Shown in pieces: positions 52,259 to 64,000 of a DNA stretch of 64,000 nt. Location: contig NC_042998.1 in assembly GCF_006345805.1 (NCBI RefSeq), positions 168,578,001-168,642,000 on the forward strand, in the 5' to 3' direction. The notes beneath the pieces were generated by a model. It was not told where the DNA came from and ran no database searches. It was given only the letters and a program-made list of their open reading frames with translations. Numbering within the stretch: the first letter of the stretch is position 1; each line of letters starts with the position of its first letter. The DNA comes from Octopus sinensis (Eukaryota). The position numbers and the translations under genes are program-made.

Positions 52259-54430
52259 AACAACAAGCAAGATGAGAACAGATATCCGTCAAATGTAAAT
52301 AATGAATATTTAGTTATTTACTCTAAAAATTTACATTTATACAATTAAATTTTAATTCATTTCTTATTTCATAACATTTCATAATTCTTGTATATCTGTG
52401 TTAATAAACAGACTATTTTTTCATCTTTGTGTTTCTTGACGATAAGTAACAAATAAACTATGTCTATTTTATGCAACATAATTAGGGCTCATTTACATTG
52501 TAGCTTCATAGAATTTGGTTACGGGAATAGCAATCAGAGTAGATATTGCAAGAAGACAAAGCAACAACTCATTCTATCAGTCAGCTGTAGCAGAGCCATT
52601 AGGGCTAATCTTAACGTTTTTGCTAAGAGAAGCTTTTTATTTACACTAGAAATTATTTGCAGCCAAACCTCTATGTGTATGTATTTCAGTGCGTATACAT
52701 ACACACAGGTCACACACATGCACACAAGAGATGCAATAGCTAATAGTTTATTTTTATCAAGATGAAAGAAATAATTATTATGTGTACTATTAACTATATT
52801 GTATAATGTTCGATTTGATGAATATTTCGAAGGACTCAACAATGAAACTAAAAATGACGTGAATTCCACCACAAAGAAAACACTTAATTTTAGTTTCCAT
52901 GATAGATTTTGATATCATATATACTTTTGAAATAGAAAATTGGAGATAAGTGGCAAAGTTAAATGCCAAGGAAATGGAAAATAAATAATTAATTAAGCGA
53001 AAAACAACAAGAGTAAATGAAGGGGAAATTTTTCTGAATCAGCTGCAATGGTGTCAATTAGTAAAGACATATGAAAAAATAGAAAAATAGCGGTAGCATT
53101 CAGCGACTGAATTAATGAAGCTTTTGCAAAAGTTCACCATTGTTTATCGGAGCAAAAATATATATTGATCCACTTTTACTTAGGAATATATTTTGCACTC
53201 ATAATTCAAAGAAAAATCGATTACCTTTACAGATGTGAAGTGAATGTTTATAAAATATCACAGTGCATTAACATTTAATATTGAGAGGTGTTTTTTCCGG
53301 ATTGTCGAAAATATAGCAATAAATAACATAACACAATTCAAGAAATATAACTTATTGAAATGAGAAAATTTGAATAGCTAATTTCGTTACACTTTATTAA
53401 CTTTTATTGAAGCTTTCTAATGATTATTTTGAATACCAAAGTTAAGTTTTGCAATATAGATAGACAATATTTTATATGATAAACTTGAGTAGAAATGAGA
53501 TAGACTTCCACTTAAGATTAGACATATGAAAAGCCAATAATATGGCTTTTAAAGACAACAACTGAAGTGTGCATTTCAGATTTTAAATCGTGTAAATATC
53601 TGTTAAAACAACCGAATAATTTGATCTTAAATCAGGAACTTTATGACATTTCATCGAGCCATATCTTATCTACCTGAGATATGTAGTCATTGTAATATTT
53701 TGTAAAATGTTATTCGGTCAGAATAATCAAAGTATTTTGGTTTTTGTTTCATAAAAGTTTATGCTATAATCTTAAACATAAACCTTCCTTTCTGTGTGTA
53801 GATTTGACTATGTAATTATTTGACAATAATCATCTGAAATTTACAGTTTTATCGCAAGGTGTACTCGTTTCTACTCGATCAACCTGCCACAAGTTGCTGC
53901 CGAACCTCTATCCAGTTTTCTAGTATAGGTAGAAGGGATACATTAAAAAACGTGGGTCTAAATACACTTTAGAATAAAGTGTTCAGGTGTTCATTGCAAA
54001 ACTGTATTTGATCATATGTCTGCTCGGTCAGAGTTCACTACGGGCTAAACAGCAATAGCCACCATCTTTCGTACAGAAGTGTATTATCAGTATAATGTCG
54101 AGGATATCTTATACGCTTGAATGCCCCCATTATTTTCTAGTAGACTGCAATTTGTGAATAGATTTTCTGTTTCTTTTAGTAAATTTAATGCTTCTTACGA
54201 TGAAATAAGAATTTTAATTTCCTATAAGTTTATTTAAGATAGATTTGAAGACACAACCACACACACATACACACAAACACTTATACACACACGGACACGC
54301 AAACACACGCAGACACGCACACTCATACACACATGCACATACACATGCGTATATATATATATATAGCTAGATAGCTAGATAGATATAGATATCAAATGGA
54401 TGTCTAATAAAACTATTCCGCATATGTATG

Positions 54431-54462
<32 letters not shown>

Positions 54463-54726
54463 TATTATTTATTTATTTATTAAATGACAATCTATCAAAA
54501 GCTATTAATCACAAAGTCAATGTTTTTATGTTTGATGAAAATGTCCTATCACAACGGAAGTTGAAGTTTTGAAGTTTTCTTAATAATTTTGAAGATAATT
54601 TCTTAATAATTTTGAAGATATACGAAATTCTTATAGACGAATCAATGACTGAACATTGCTTATAAGGCTAACTGTAAAAAAAAGTTTTAACTTATACACC
54701 ATTGTGCAATGACACTTATAAACCTA

Positions 54727-55120
54727 GAATGTGGCTGTGTGGTAAGTAGCTTGCTTACCAGCCACATGGTTCTGGGTTCAGTCCCACTGCGTGGCACCTA
54801 GGGCAAGTGTCTTCTACTATAGCTTCGGGCCGACCGAAGCCTTGTGAGTGGATTTGCTAGACGGAAACTGAAAGAAGCCCGTCGTATTTATATATGTATT
54901 ATATGTATGTGTGTGTATATTTTTGTGTGTCTGTGTTTGTCCCCTCAACATTGCTTGACAACCGATGTTGGTGTGTTTACACCCCCGTAACCTAGCGTTT
55001 CGGCGAAACAGACCGATAGAATACGTCCTAGGGTCGATTTGATCGACTAAAAGGTGGTGCTCCAGCATAGCCGCAGTCAAACGACCCAAACAAGTAAAAG
55101 AGTAAAAGAGTAAAGAGTAT
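54727..55120 (+). mobile_element. SINE family A, full length
   Basis: Matches the copy at 19138. Confidence 0.88.
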
Positions 55121-55855
55121 CTATTATGTATTAGCTTTTGGCTACCTCAGCGGCCCAGAGTTTACCCAGTTTACCCACTCAGAAGTTAAATTCTTTACTA
55201 CAACTTACATCAAGAATAAAAAGAACTTCCTTTAGACAGCGTATACATGACAAAATCATTTTTTTTTCAGAAAGAGACATCGAATTAGAAAAGAAAATGT
55301 TGCTTAGCCTCATTTATGGTATTTTTCTTTTACTCCCTGAGTCTGGATTTCGTTTTACACCGGGATCATATTTGCCATTTTCATAGCGTCGATAAGTAAG
55401 GTTACACTCTGTGGCGGTAGATTGACAGAATGTTTTGAGTGCATCGGACAAGATGCCTAGCAATATGAGGTCCCGTTTTTTTGTATTCTGAGTAGAAATT
55501 ACGCTTCATTTAACCTGACATCACACGGCGGAAAACAGGGCTTCGAATATCAAATGGTGGATTCTATAGTTTGCACCAACGTCTCTATTAAAGCAAAATA
55601 AAATAAAAATGAGTAGACTCTGCGTTGAAACGAGATAAATGCAAGGACACAGAGAGGTACAATATAGTAGTTGTTAAGAAAAATATATAATGAGTATATG
55701 TAAGAAAAAGAGGGTAATAAAAAAATATATATTAGATAGAGAGAGGGAGAGGAGATAGCGAGGCATTATAAGATTTTTATCTCATATGAAGTTGTTTGAA
55801 AATTGTCTGTGACGTGTTTTTCGAAAGTATGTAGGTATGTATGTATATATATATA

Positions 55856-55882
<27 letters not shown>

Positions 55883-55894
<12 letters not shown>

Positions 55895-58800
55895 GAAATG
55901 AGGTAATCAGAAGATCGGATGGTTTATATTTACAGATATTTATTTATATATTACATTTTACATATATATATCATATCACTTAGATCATTAGCGCTTTCTC
56001 CCATTCTAGTGGGGTTTTCAAATCAAAATAAGTTCCTTTGTGGGGAATTTTAATCATTTTATAGAGTTTTGTAGTGGTGAGGAGGAATAAAAGACAGTAA
56101 AAGAGGGTGAGGTGGATGAGGAGAAAGTGAGAGAGAGAACATGTGTGTATGTGTATGTGTGTGTGTGTTTGTATCTGAGGTGAGTGCTAAAGAGAAAGAG
56201 GGGAAGAAGAAGGAAATAATTTTTTTGGTCTGCTGGACAGAATATTGACTCCAAGGGGGGTCTAAGAATTTCAGCTTTGACCACTTCACAGTGTCACTGA
56301 GTGAGTGGTGGCGGGGAGGTAGGCCATAATATTGATTCCAAGGGGGTTCTAAGAATTTCAGCTTTGACCACTTCACAGTGTCACTGAGGGTGTGCTGGCG
56401 GGGAGGTAGGCCATAAATTATATTTCCTTTTATCATTATGAGAATGGTCAAATGCTTTTTTGGGGTTAAGAATTCTTTCCACTTTTTATGATCGTTTTGT
56501 GGAGGTGTGTGTGTGTGTCTGTGTGTGTGTCTGTGTGTGTGTGTGTGTGTCTGTGTGTGTGTCCGTGTGTGTTTGTGTGTGTATGTGTGCGTGTGTGAGT
56601 GCGTGTGCGTGTGTCTGTGTGTTTGGAGAAGCGGAGAGAGACAAAAAAAGAAAAAGAAAAAGAAAAATAAGGAAGGAAGGGGAATAAATTGTGTTGATAT
56701 TTATACCACTATATATATATACACGCTTATACATGAAATATTGGAAAAAAAAACCTTTATCGGTTCAAAATGAACAACTAAATTACACCATCTTGAAAAT
56801 TGTATATCATAGGAAAGTTAAAATTAAAGTAACAATTAAAAAGTAAAGATGAAGTAAATTATAAAATAATATAATGTATATAACAGGCAATATATATATA
56901 TACACACACACATATATATACATATACAGACATATACTAAATGTTCTACTATATTAGATTGTAAATCGAAAGATGTGTCCTTCAATGTCACTATATATAT
57001 ATACATGCTTATACATGAAATATTAGAAAAAAATACCTTCTATCGATTCAAAATGAACAATCAAATTACACCATCTTGAAAATTGTATATCATAGGAAGG
57101 TTAAAATTAGAATGACAATCGGCAAGTAAAGATCAAGTAAATTACAAAAATACTATAATGTATATAACAGGTAATATATATATATATATACACACATATA
57201 TATATACACACATATATTAAATGTTCTACTATATTATATTGTAAATCGAAAGATTTGTCCTTCAATGTATGATGAGTAAAGTTTCAGCCATTTAATTTGG
57301 GGGAGAACTTAGCTATGAAATATTTTTCCATATTCCTCCTGAAAGAGGTGTCGTTCTTCGGACATTTGTAGAAGGGAAAGATCTTAAATTTTCCTTCTCC
57401 ACACGTAGCTAGGTGTGTACTTAGTGGTATTTTGCGTAGTTCTTCCTGCCGAATATGTTGTCGGTGAATCCTGGCTCGCTGGCACAAAGAATTACCAGTT
57501 TCACCTACGTAATTCTCCTTGCACGTGGGGCAAGTTATGCAGTATATAACGTTCTGCGTCTTGCAGCTCATATCTGCATTTACTTTGAATATGTCACCAC
57601 TTTTAAATCTCATATCTCTGTATTTGTAGGTGGGGTTGCTGCAGATCCCACATCTACCATCTCCGCACTCTTTTGCAAAGAATTCCGTTTTAGTTTCTGA
57701 AGAGAATTTCGCTCTTGTTAGGTGTTTCTTTAGGTTTTTGTCCTGTCGTCTACTGTATTTTATGCTATATTTGTTTAATACGTTTTTCATTTTGGGGCTT
57801 TGTAAGGCTATTGGTACGTTTGAATGTATGGTTTGGAAGATGTTGGTAACTCCAGGGTTGTGCGTGTTTATAAAAGGGATAATGTTTTCTTTGTTTTTTG
57901 TTTTGGGTGTCCTGAGTTGTGCGATGTCTAGTATTAATGCTCTTGTGATTCCATTTTCTATTGGTTTAAGGGGGTATTTTTGCTCTAGGAGGAAGTTTTT
58001 GAGTTCATCTAGTCTTATTAGTCATATTTGTGAATCAGTTACTATGCTATATATTCGTCTTGCCATACTATATGGGATGTTTCTTTTTGTGTGGGATGGG
58101 TGGCAGGAGTGGAAATTTAAGTATTGGTGTGTGTCGGTTTTTTTTGTAGTGGATGTCTGTTGTGACGATGGAGTTGTGTATTTTGATGTTGATGTCTAGG
58201 AAGGGAAGTTCGTTGTGGCTGGTATCTATTGTGAAGTTGATAGATGGGTGCAGCGTATTGAGGATGTTGTGGAATGTTCGTAGGTCTTCTTCTGATGTGT
58301 TCCAAAAGATGAAGCAGTCATCCAGGTAGCGTTTCCACTTTTTCTTGACTTCCTCACACACATTCCAAATACAGTCCCGAAAAACACCATACTTGCAAGC
58401 TTTGATGTCACAAATCTATACACAAACATACCACACACCCTACGTCTAGAAGCCATAAAACAATCGATAGAAAAATGCAGAGAACTTATAGACGAACGCT
58501 TCAAGACAAACTTTATCACCCAAGCCACCCAACTAATACTCGAAGAAAATACATTCTCATTCAACAAGACATACCGACAGATAGAAGGCACGGCTATGGG
58601 TACAGGATTCGCACCTTCATATGCCAACCTGGTGATGGGTTTCCTGGAGAACAAACTATTTGATGAAATAGGGAAAGTCTTCGAACACGACTTCAGAGAA
58701 GACATCAAGAAAAAGTGGAAACGCTACCTGGATGACTGCTTCATCTTTTGGAACACACCAGAAGAAGACCTACGAACATTCCACAACATTCTCAATACGC

Positions 58801-61008
58801 TGCACCCATCTATCAACTTCACAATAGATACCAGCCACAACGGACTTCCCTTCCTAGACATCAACATCAAAATACACAACTCCATCGTCACAACAGACAT
58901 CCACTACAAAAAAACCGACACACACCAATACTTAAATTTCCACTCCTGCCACCCATCCCACACAAAAAGAAACATCCCATATAGTATGGCAAGACGAATA
59001 TATAGCATAGTGACTGATTCACAAATATGACTAATAAGACTAGATGAACTCAAAAACTTCCTCCTAGAGCAAAAATACCCCCTTAAACCAATAGAAAATG
59101 GAATCACAAGAGCATTAATACTAGACATCGCACAACTCAGGACACCCAAAACAAAAAACAAAGAAAACATTATCCCTTTTATAAACACGCACAACCCTGG
59201 AGTTACCAACATCTTCCAAACCATACATTCAAACGTACCAATAGCCTTACAAAGCCCCAAAATGAAAAACGTATTAAACAAATATAGCATAAAATACAGT
59301 AGACGACAGGACAAAAACCTAAAGAAACACCTAACAAGAGCGAAATTCTCTCAGAAACTAAAACGGAATTCTTTGCAAAAGAGTGCGGAGATGGTAGATG
59401 TGGGATCTGCAGCAACCCCACCTACAAATACAGAGATATGAGATTTAAAAGTGGTGACATATTCAAAGTAAATGCAGATATGAGCTGCAAGACGCAGAAC
59501 GTTATATACTGCATAACTTGCCCCACGTGCAAGGAGAATTACGTAGGTGAAACTGGTAATTCTTTGTGCCAGCGAGCCAGGATTCACCGACAACATATTC
59601 GGCAGGAAGAACTACGCAAAATACCACTAAGTACACACCTAGCTACGTGTGGAGAAGGAAAATTTAAGATCTTTCCCTTCTACAAATGTCCGAAGAACGA
59701 CACCTCTTTCAGGAGGAATATGGAAAAATATTTCATAACTAAGTTCTCCCCCAAATTAAATGGCTGAAACTTTACTCATCATACATTGAAGGACAAATCT
59801 TTCGATTTACAATATAATATAGTAGAACATTTAATATATGTGTGTATATATATATATGTGTGTATATATATATATATATTACCTGTTATATACATTATAG
59901 TATTTTTGTAATTTACTTGATCTTTACTTGCCGATTGTCATTCTAATTTTAACCTTCCTATGATATACAATTTTCAAGATGGTGTAATTTGATTGTTCAT
60001 TTTGAATCGATAGAAGGTATTTTTTTCTAATATTTCATGTATAAGCATGTATATATATATAGTGACATTGAAGGACGCATCTTTCGATTTACAATCTAAT
60101 ATAGTAGAACATTTAGTATATGTCTGTATATGTATATATATGTGTGTGTGTATATATATATATTGCCTGTTATATACATTATATTATTTTATAATTTACT
60201 TCATCTTTACTTTTTAATTGTCACTTTAATTTTAACTTTCCTATGATATACAATTTTCAAGATGGTGTAATTTAGTTGTTCATTTTGAACCGATAAAGGT
60301 TTTTTTTCCAATATTTCATATATAAGCGTGTATATATATATATAGTGGTATAAATATCAACACAATTTATTCCCCTTCCTCCCTTATTTTTCTTTTTCTT
60401 TTTCTTTTTTTGTCTCTCTCCACTTCTCCAAACACACAGACACACACACATATACCTCCACAAAACGATCATAAAAAGTGGAAAGAATTCTTAACCGCAA
60501 AAAGCATTTGACCATTCTCAGAATGATAAAAGGAAATATAATTTATGGCCTACCTCCCCGCCACCACACACTCAATGACACTGTGAAGTGGTCAAAGTTG
60601 AAATTCTTAGACCCCCCTTGGAGTCAATATTCTGTCCAGCAGACCAAAAAAATTATTTCCTTCTTCTTCCCTCTCCCTTCCCCTCTTTCTCTTTAGCACT
60701 GACCTCAGATACAAACACACACATACACATACACATGCACATACACACATGTTCTCTCTCTCACTTTCTCCTCATCCACCTCACCCTCTTGTACTGTCTT
60801 ATATTCCTCCCCACCACTACGAAACTCTATAAAACGATTAAAATTCCCCACAAAGGAACTTATTTTGATTTGAAAACCCCACTAGAATGGGAGAAAGCGC
60901 TAATGATCTAAATGATATGATATATATATATAAAATGTAATATATAAATACATATCTGTAAATATAAACCATCCGATCTTCTGATTACCTCATTTCTTCT
61001 AATATATA
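55883..61008. mobile_element. Neptune-like Penelope element with ~2.3-2.5-kb inverted arms (55883-58348 / 58705-61008) and a 356-bp unique RT spacer
   Basis: Mirror ORFs 57284-57790(-) and 59438-59767(+); mirrored 3' tails; TA-rich flanks. Confidence 0.9.
58359..59767 (+). pseudogene. 5'-truncated Neptune-like RT + Cys linker + GIY-YIG
   Basis: LASFDVTNLYTNIP, GTAMGTGFAPSYANLVMG, RYLDDCF, LPFLDI, YLNFHSCHP; CGDGRCGIC linker; NVIYCITCPTC..YVGETGNSL..R..H. TGA at 59028-59030 and a 1-nt deletion near 59350. Confidence 0.9.
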
Positions 61009-61029
61009 ATACCTGTACATCATCTCCAA

Positions 61030-61033
61030 ACCT

Positions 61034-61096
<63 letters not shown>

Positions 61097-61121
61097 ATAT
61101 ATATGTATATATATTATATAC

Positions 61122-61156
<35 letters not shown>

Positions 61157-61254
61157 ATATATGTATATATATATACATATATATACATGTATGTATGTAT
61201 ATATATATATGTATATATATATATATGTATATATATATACATATATATATATAA

Positions 61255-61287
<33 letters not shown>

Positions 61288-61383
61288 TACATATATATAC
61301 ATGTATGTATGTATATATATATATGTATATATATATATGTATCTACGTATCTATACACACACACACACGCACACGCACACACC

Positions 61384-61423
<40 letters not shown>

Positions 61424-61430
61424 TATTATA
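61030..61430. repeat. (TA)n/(TATG)/(CA)n compound microsatellite
   Basis: Seen directly in the sequence. Confidence 0.95.
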
Positions 61431-62064
61431 TAATAAAAAAAAGAACATTAATTTTTCATATAGTTTAGGATTTATCAGAGACAAATCTGTTTAGCAATAC
61501 CACACCTCTATTTTAGCTAAGACCATTAGACGTTCAGCACTGCAAGTTATTTTGTAGTAATCTCAATGACTACAGGGACGAAATCTTCAAAGTACACAAT
61601 GTTGATATTATTTAAATTCAGATTAAGAATAACTCTTTCATCATTTTTTCACGAAAGAGTATACCTAGCATGTCTAATAATACTTCCACATTTTATAAGA
61701 CAATAGAGAGAGGTTTGAGGGATAGTTTGCCTTTTTAAGCATATCATTGACTCATGTTTACAAGTAGGTTGATAATTTGGTCTTTCATTTTAAAATGCAA
61801 ACAATAAACCAAAATTATCAATATATATTTATATACGAAATCATATCAACTGTAAAATTTAATTCTATATGAGGTCTCTTAATATGCTATTCAGGTGCGA
61901 TGTTCACTAGCTAAACAATAAATATTTCCTTCATTGATCAACATTTTGTTAGCTACTCAAAACACTGTCGAACAATAGCCGTCATTCTGATTTCTTTTGG
62001 AAATATCGTAATGATGAGTCATTTCGATAATACGAGATATTTTACAATATATGATATTAGACGT

Positions 62065-62330
62065 GCAAGCGGGTAACTCAATGGTTGGGATGTTGCGCTC
62101 ATGATGGTAAGGTGCAGTTTCGATTACGACACAGATCGATGCTTTGTGTTCTTGAAAAAAGAAAACACTTCATTTTCCGTTTCTCTACTCCATTCATCTG
62201 GCAGAAATGAGCAATCCTACGACGGTTTGGAGTCCCATCTAGGAGTGTAGGGTGGAATATATACGCCATAGAATCCGGGTAACAGGCCTTGTGAGCCTAT
62301 GGCTCGGGAGGGACTATTGATCTCTTTTTC
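62065..62330 (+). mobile_element. SINE family C, degenerate
   Basis: TTTCGATTAC..TGTGTTCTTGAAA..CACTTCATTTTCCGTT..CATCTGGCAGAAATGAG. Confidence 0.6.
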
Positions 62331-62933
62331 TTTTTTGATGATATAAGATAAATTTCTATGTAAGATATAAATAAGCGCTTTGGACATAAAATATCAATTG
62401 ATAATGAAGTAGTGTTGCTCCTTTTGCAAAAACAGTTATTCAAGAGTATTTTATAAAAACAATAAAATAACTTGCAGCTACCAAAGCCATCTCACATCAC
62501 GCTCTGCTATCTCAAAAAAGTATGGAACACTTGATAAAATATAGCGAAAACCGTGGTATCGTCACGAGTGGAAGCCATTCATCATAAGTCTACTAGAACA
62601 GAGTTGACAAGGATTAAATAGCAATAACAACAAAAAGATGTCTTTTGTGAATCACAGTACATTATAGATGATAGCGAATTTAAAGATAGGTTTGAATGAT
62701 TATGCACACATACTTACGTACATGCATACATACATACACATACGCAGACACAGAATACACACACATAATACACATACACACACATATATATATATATATA
62801 CATATTCATTGATATAAACTTACGGAATTATGTGTGTATATAAGTATGCATTATTAAGTATATGATCATTTATATAACCTACATAGTAATACCTCTCTCA
62901 TCCTTTCTCTCTCTCTTTGTTTTATATATATAT

Positions 62934-62980
<47 letters not shown>

Positions 62981-63014
62981 CTTACTTGGAAGAAGACGAG
63001 GTGTGCGTTCGATC

Positions 63015-63438
63015 ATATAATAACAATTTAATAATAAAACATATGCATACATACGTACATATATGTACATACCTACATCTATATGTATATATACATGCAT
63101 ATATGGGTACAGGACACCATAAATAAACGTAGAACACAACGAGAAACGAAAACATAAAAGCAAAACAAGGAAACGGACTTTTTTTAAAAACGAAAAGACA
63201 GAGTACAGGACATACAACACAAGGAATATTCCCCTTCTTCAGCTGCCCCTGTTTCGACTCATTATGTGTTTCGAAGGTGTTTCCTTGTTTTGTTTTTATG
63301 CTTTCGTTTCTCGTTGTGTTCTACGTTTATTTGTGGTGTCCTGTACCCATATATGCATGTATATATACATATAGATGTAGGTATGTACATATATGTATGT
63401 ATGTATGCATATGTTTTATTATTAAATTGTTATTATAT
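63015..63438. repeat. Fold-back: 160-bp near-perfect inverted arms (63015-63174 / 63279-63438) with a 104-bp spacer
   Basis: GGGTACAGGACACC..GAACACAACGAGAAACG..AACAAGGAAAC is mirrored with a few mismatches. Confidence 0.9.
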
Positions 63439-64000
63439 ATATATACATGTGTGAGTATGCATATATACACACATATACATAAATATACGTGTATGTGTGT
63501 GTGTAAAGACATCTGAAGTTATATAAGCACATGATTCAATATGTATGTATTCTATTATCATAAAGATATATTTTATATAAGAATTATATAAGCATTTAAA
63601 TAAGCATTGACTATCAAACGGATTCTATTGCAACACGAAAGAGCCAAAATCGAAAAAATAACACAATTTGACTTCATTATTCCTTTGTATTGAAAATGTA
63701 CTTTCTTTCCTCGGACATTAAGTTTCAATCCACATTTAATATATGCCTTGAAACCCTATTATTTAAGTACGAACTTTCTACATCAATAAATATATTTTTC
63801 AAATATGCCAGAATGTTTATTGCCTCTTGTGTATTTTACAATCACATGTAGTAAATAATCAGCATTGAAAGAATAAATTCCAAACTGTTTGCTACAATTC
63901 GTTTTTCATTCTTTTTATTTAAATTAATGATTTACCCTCCAGTAAGATGTTAGCAACCTCAGCAAATTTTTAGAATAATATTACTGGGTGTAATTTAATG

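Larger units (their letters stand above)
49325..52301. mobile_element. Poseidon-like Penelope element, bipartite with outward-pointing inverted tails, flanked by a 15-bp TSD
   Basis: Minus-strand RT at 49666-51490; plus-strand GIY-YIG and tail at 51506-52301. ATGAATATTTAGTTA occurs at 49310-49324 and 52302-52316. Confidence 0.88.

Noticed and set aside
59028-59030. In-frame TGA as possible selenocysteine, as in some Naiad PLEs
   Set aside because: The domain order is RT then endonuclease (not Naiad). The position is best explained as CGA>TGA, and I saw no SECIS.
59783-60110. Antisense GAUU/AAUC-GAAA-...-GUC pattern in the Neptune tail
   Set aside because: The CUGANGA core is absent and stem III would need a G-G pair.

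Overview
AT-rich, microsatellite-dense eukaryotic DNA. The SINE and repeat landscape looks like an Octopus (cephalopod) genome; this is an inference from repeat families. I cannot support any host protein-coding exon, and most six-frame ORFs are microsatellite artefacts. The window is dominated by mobile DNA. There are five large retroelement remnants: Penelope-like elements (PLEs) resembling the Nematis (12.1-16.6 kb), Neptune (23.3-24.8 kb and 55.9-61.0 kb) and Poseidon (49.3-52.3 kb) groups, plus an internally deleted Gypsy LTR element (31.7-34.7 kb). Also present are R4/Dong-like and CR1-like LINE fragments, three tRNA-derived SINE families, a non-autonomous Helitron, a hAT MITE, an (AAT)n-embedded ~560-bp repeat and a 108-bp minisatellite. 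Main discovery: a very young 593-bp non-coding tandem array (2439-3809). Each complete unit carries an intact type I hammerhead ribozyme (HHR) on the minus strand, the layout of a retrozyme / circular-RNA replicon. Its HHR has the same design as HHRs in the tails of the Nematis-like PLE 9 kb away. Further HHRs occur at 231-278, 49410-49455 and 52213-52258; the last lies downstream of a tRNA-like Pol III promoter. Three large PLEs share a tail-outward inverted (palindromic) architecture. Ribozyme calls are by-eye base pairing and are untested.
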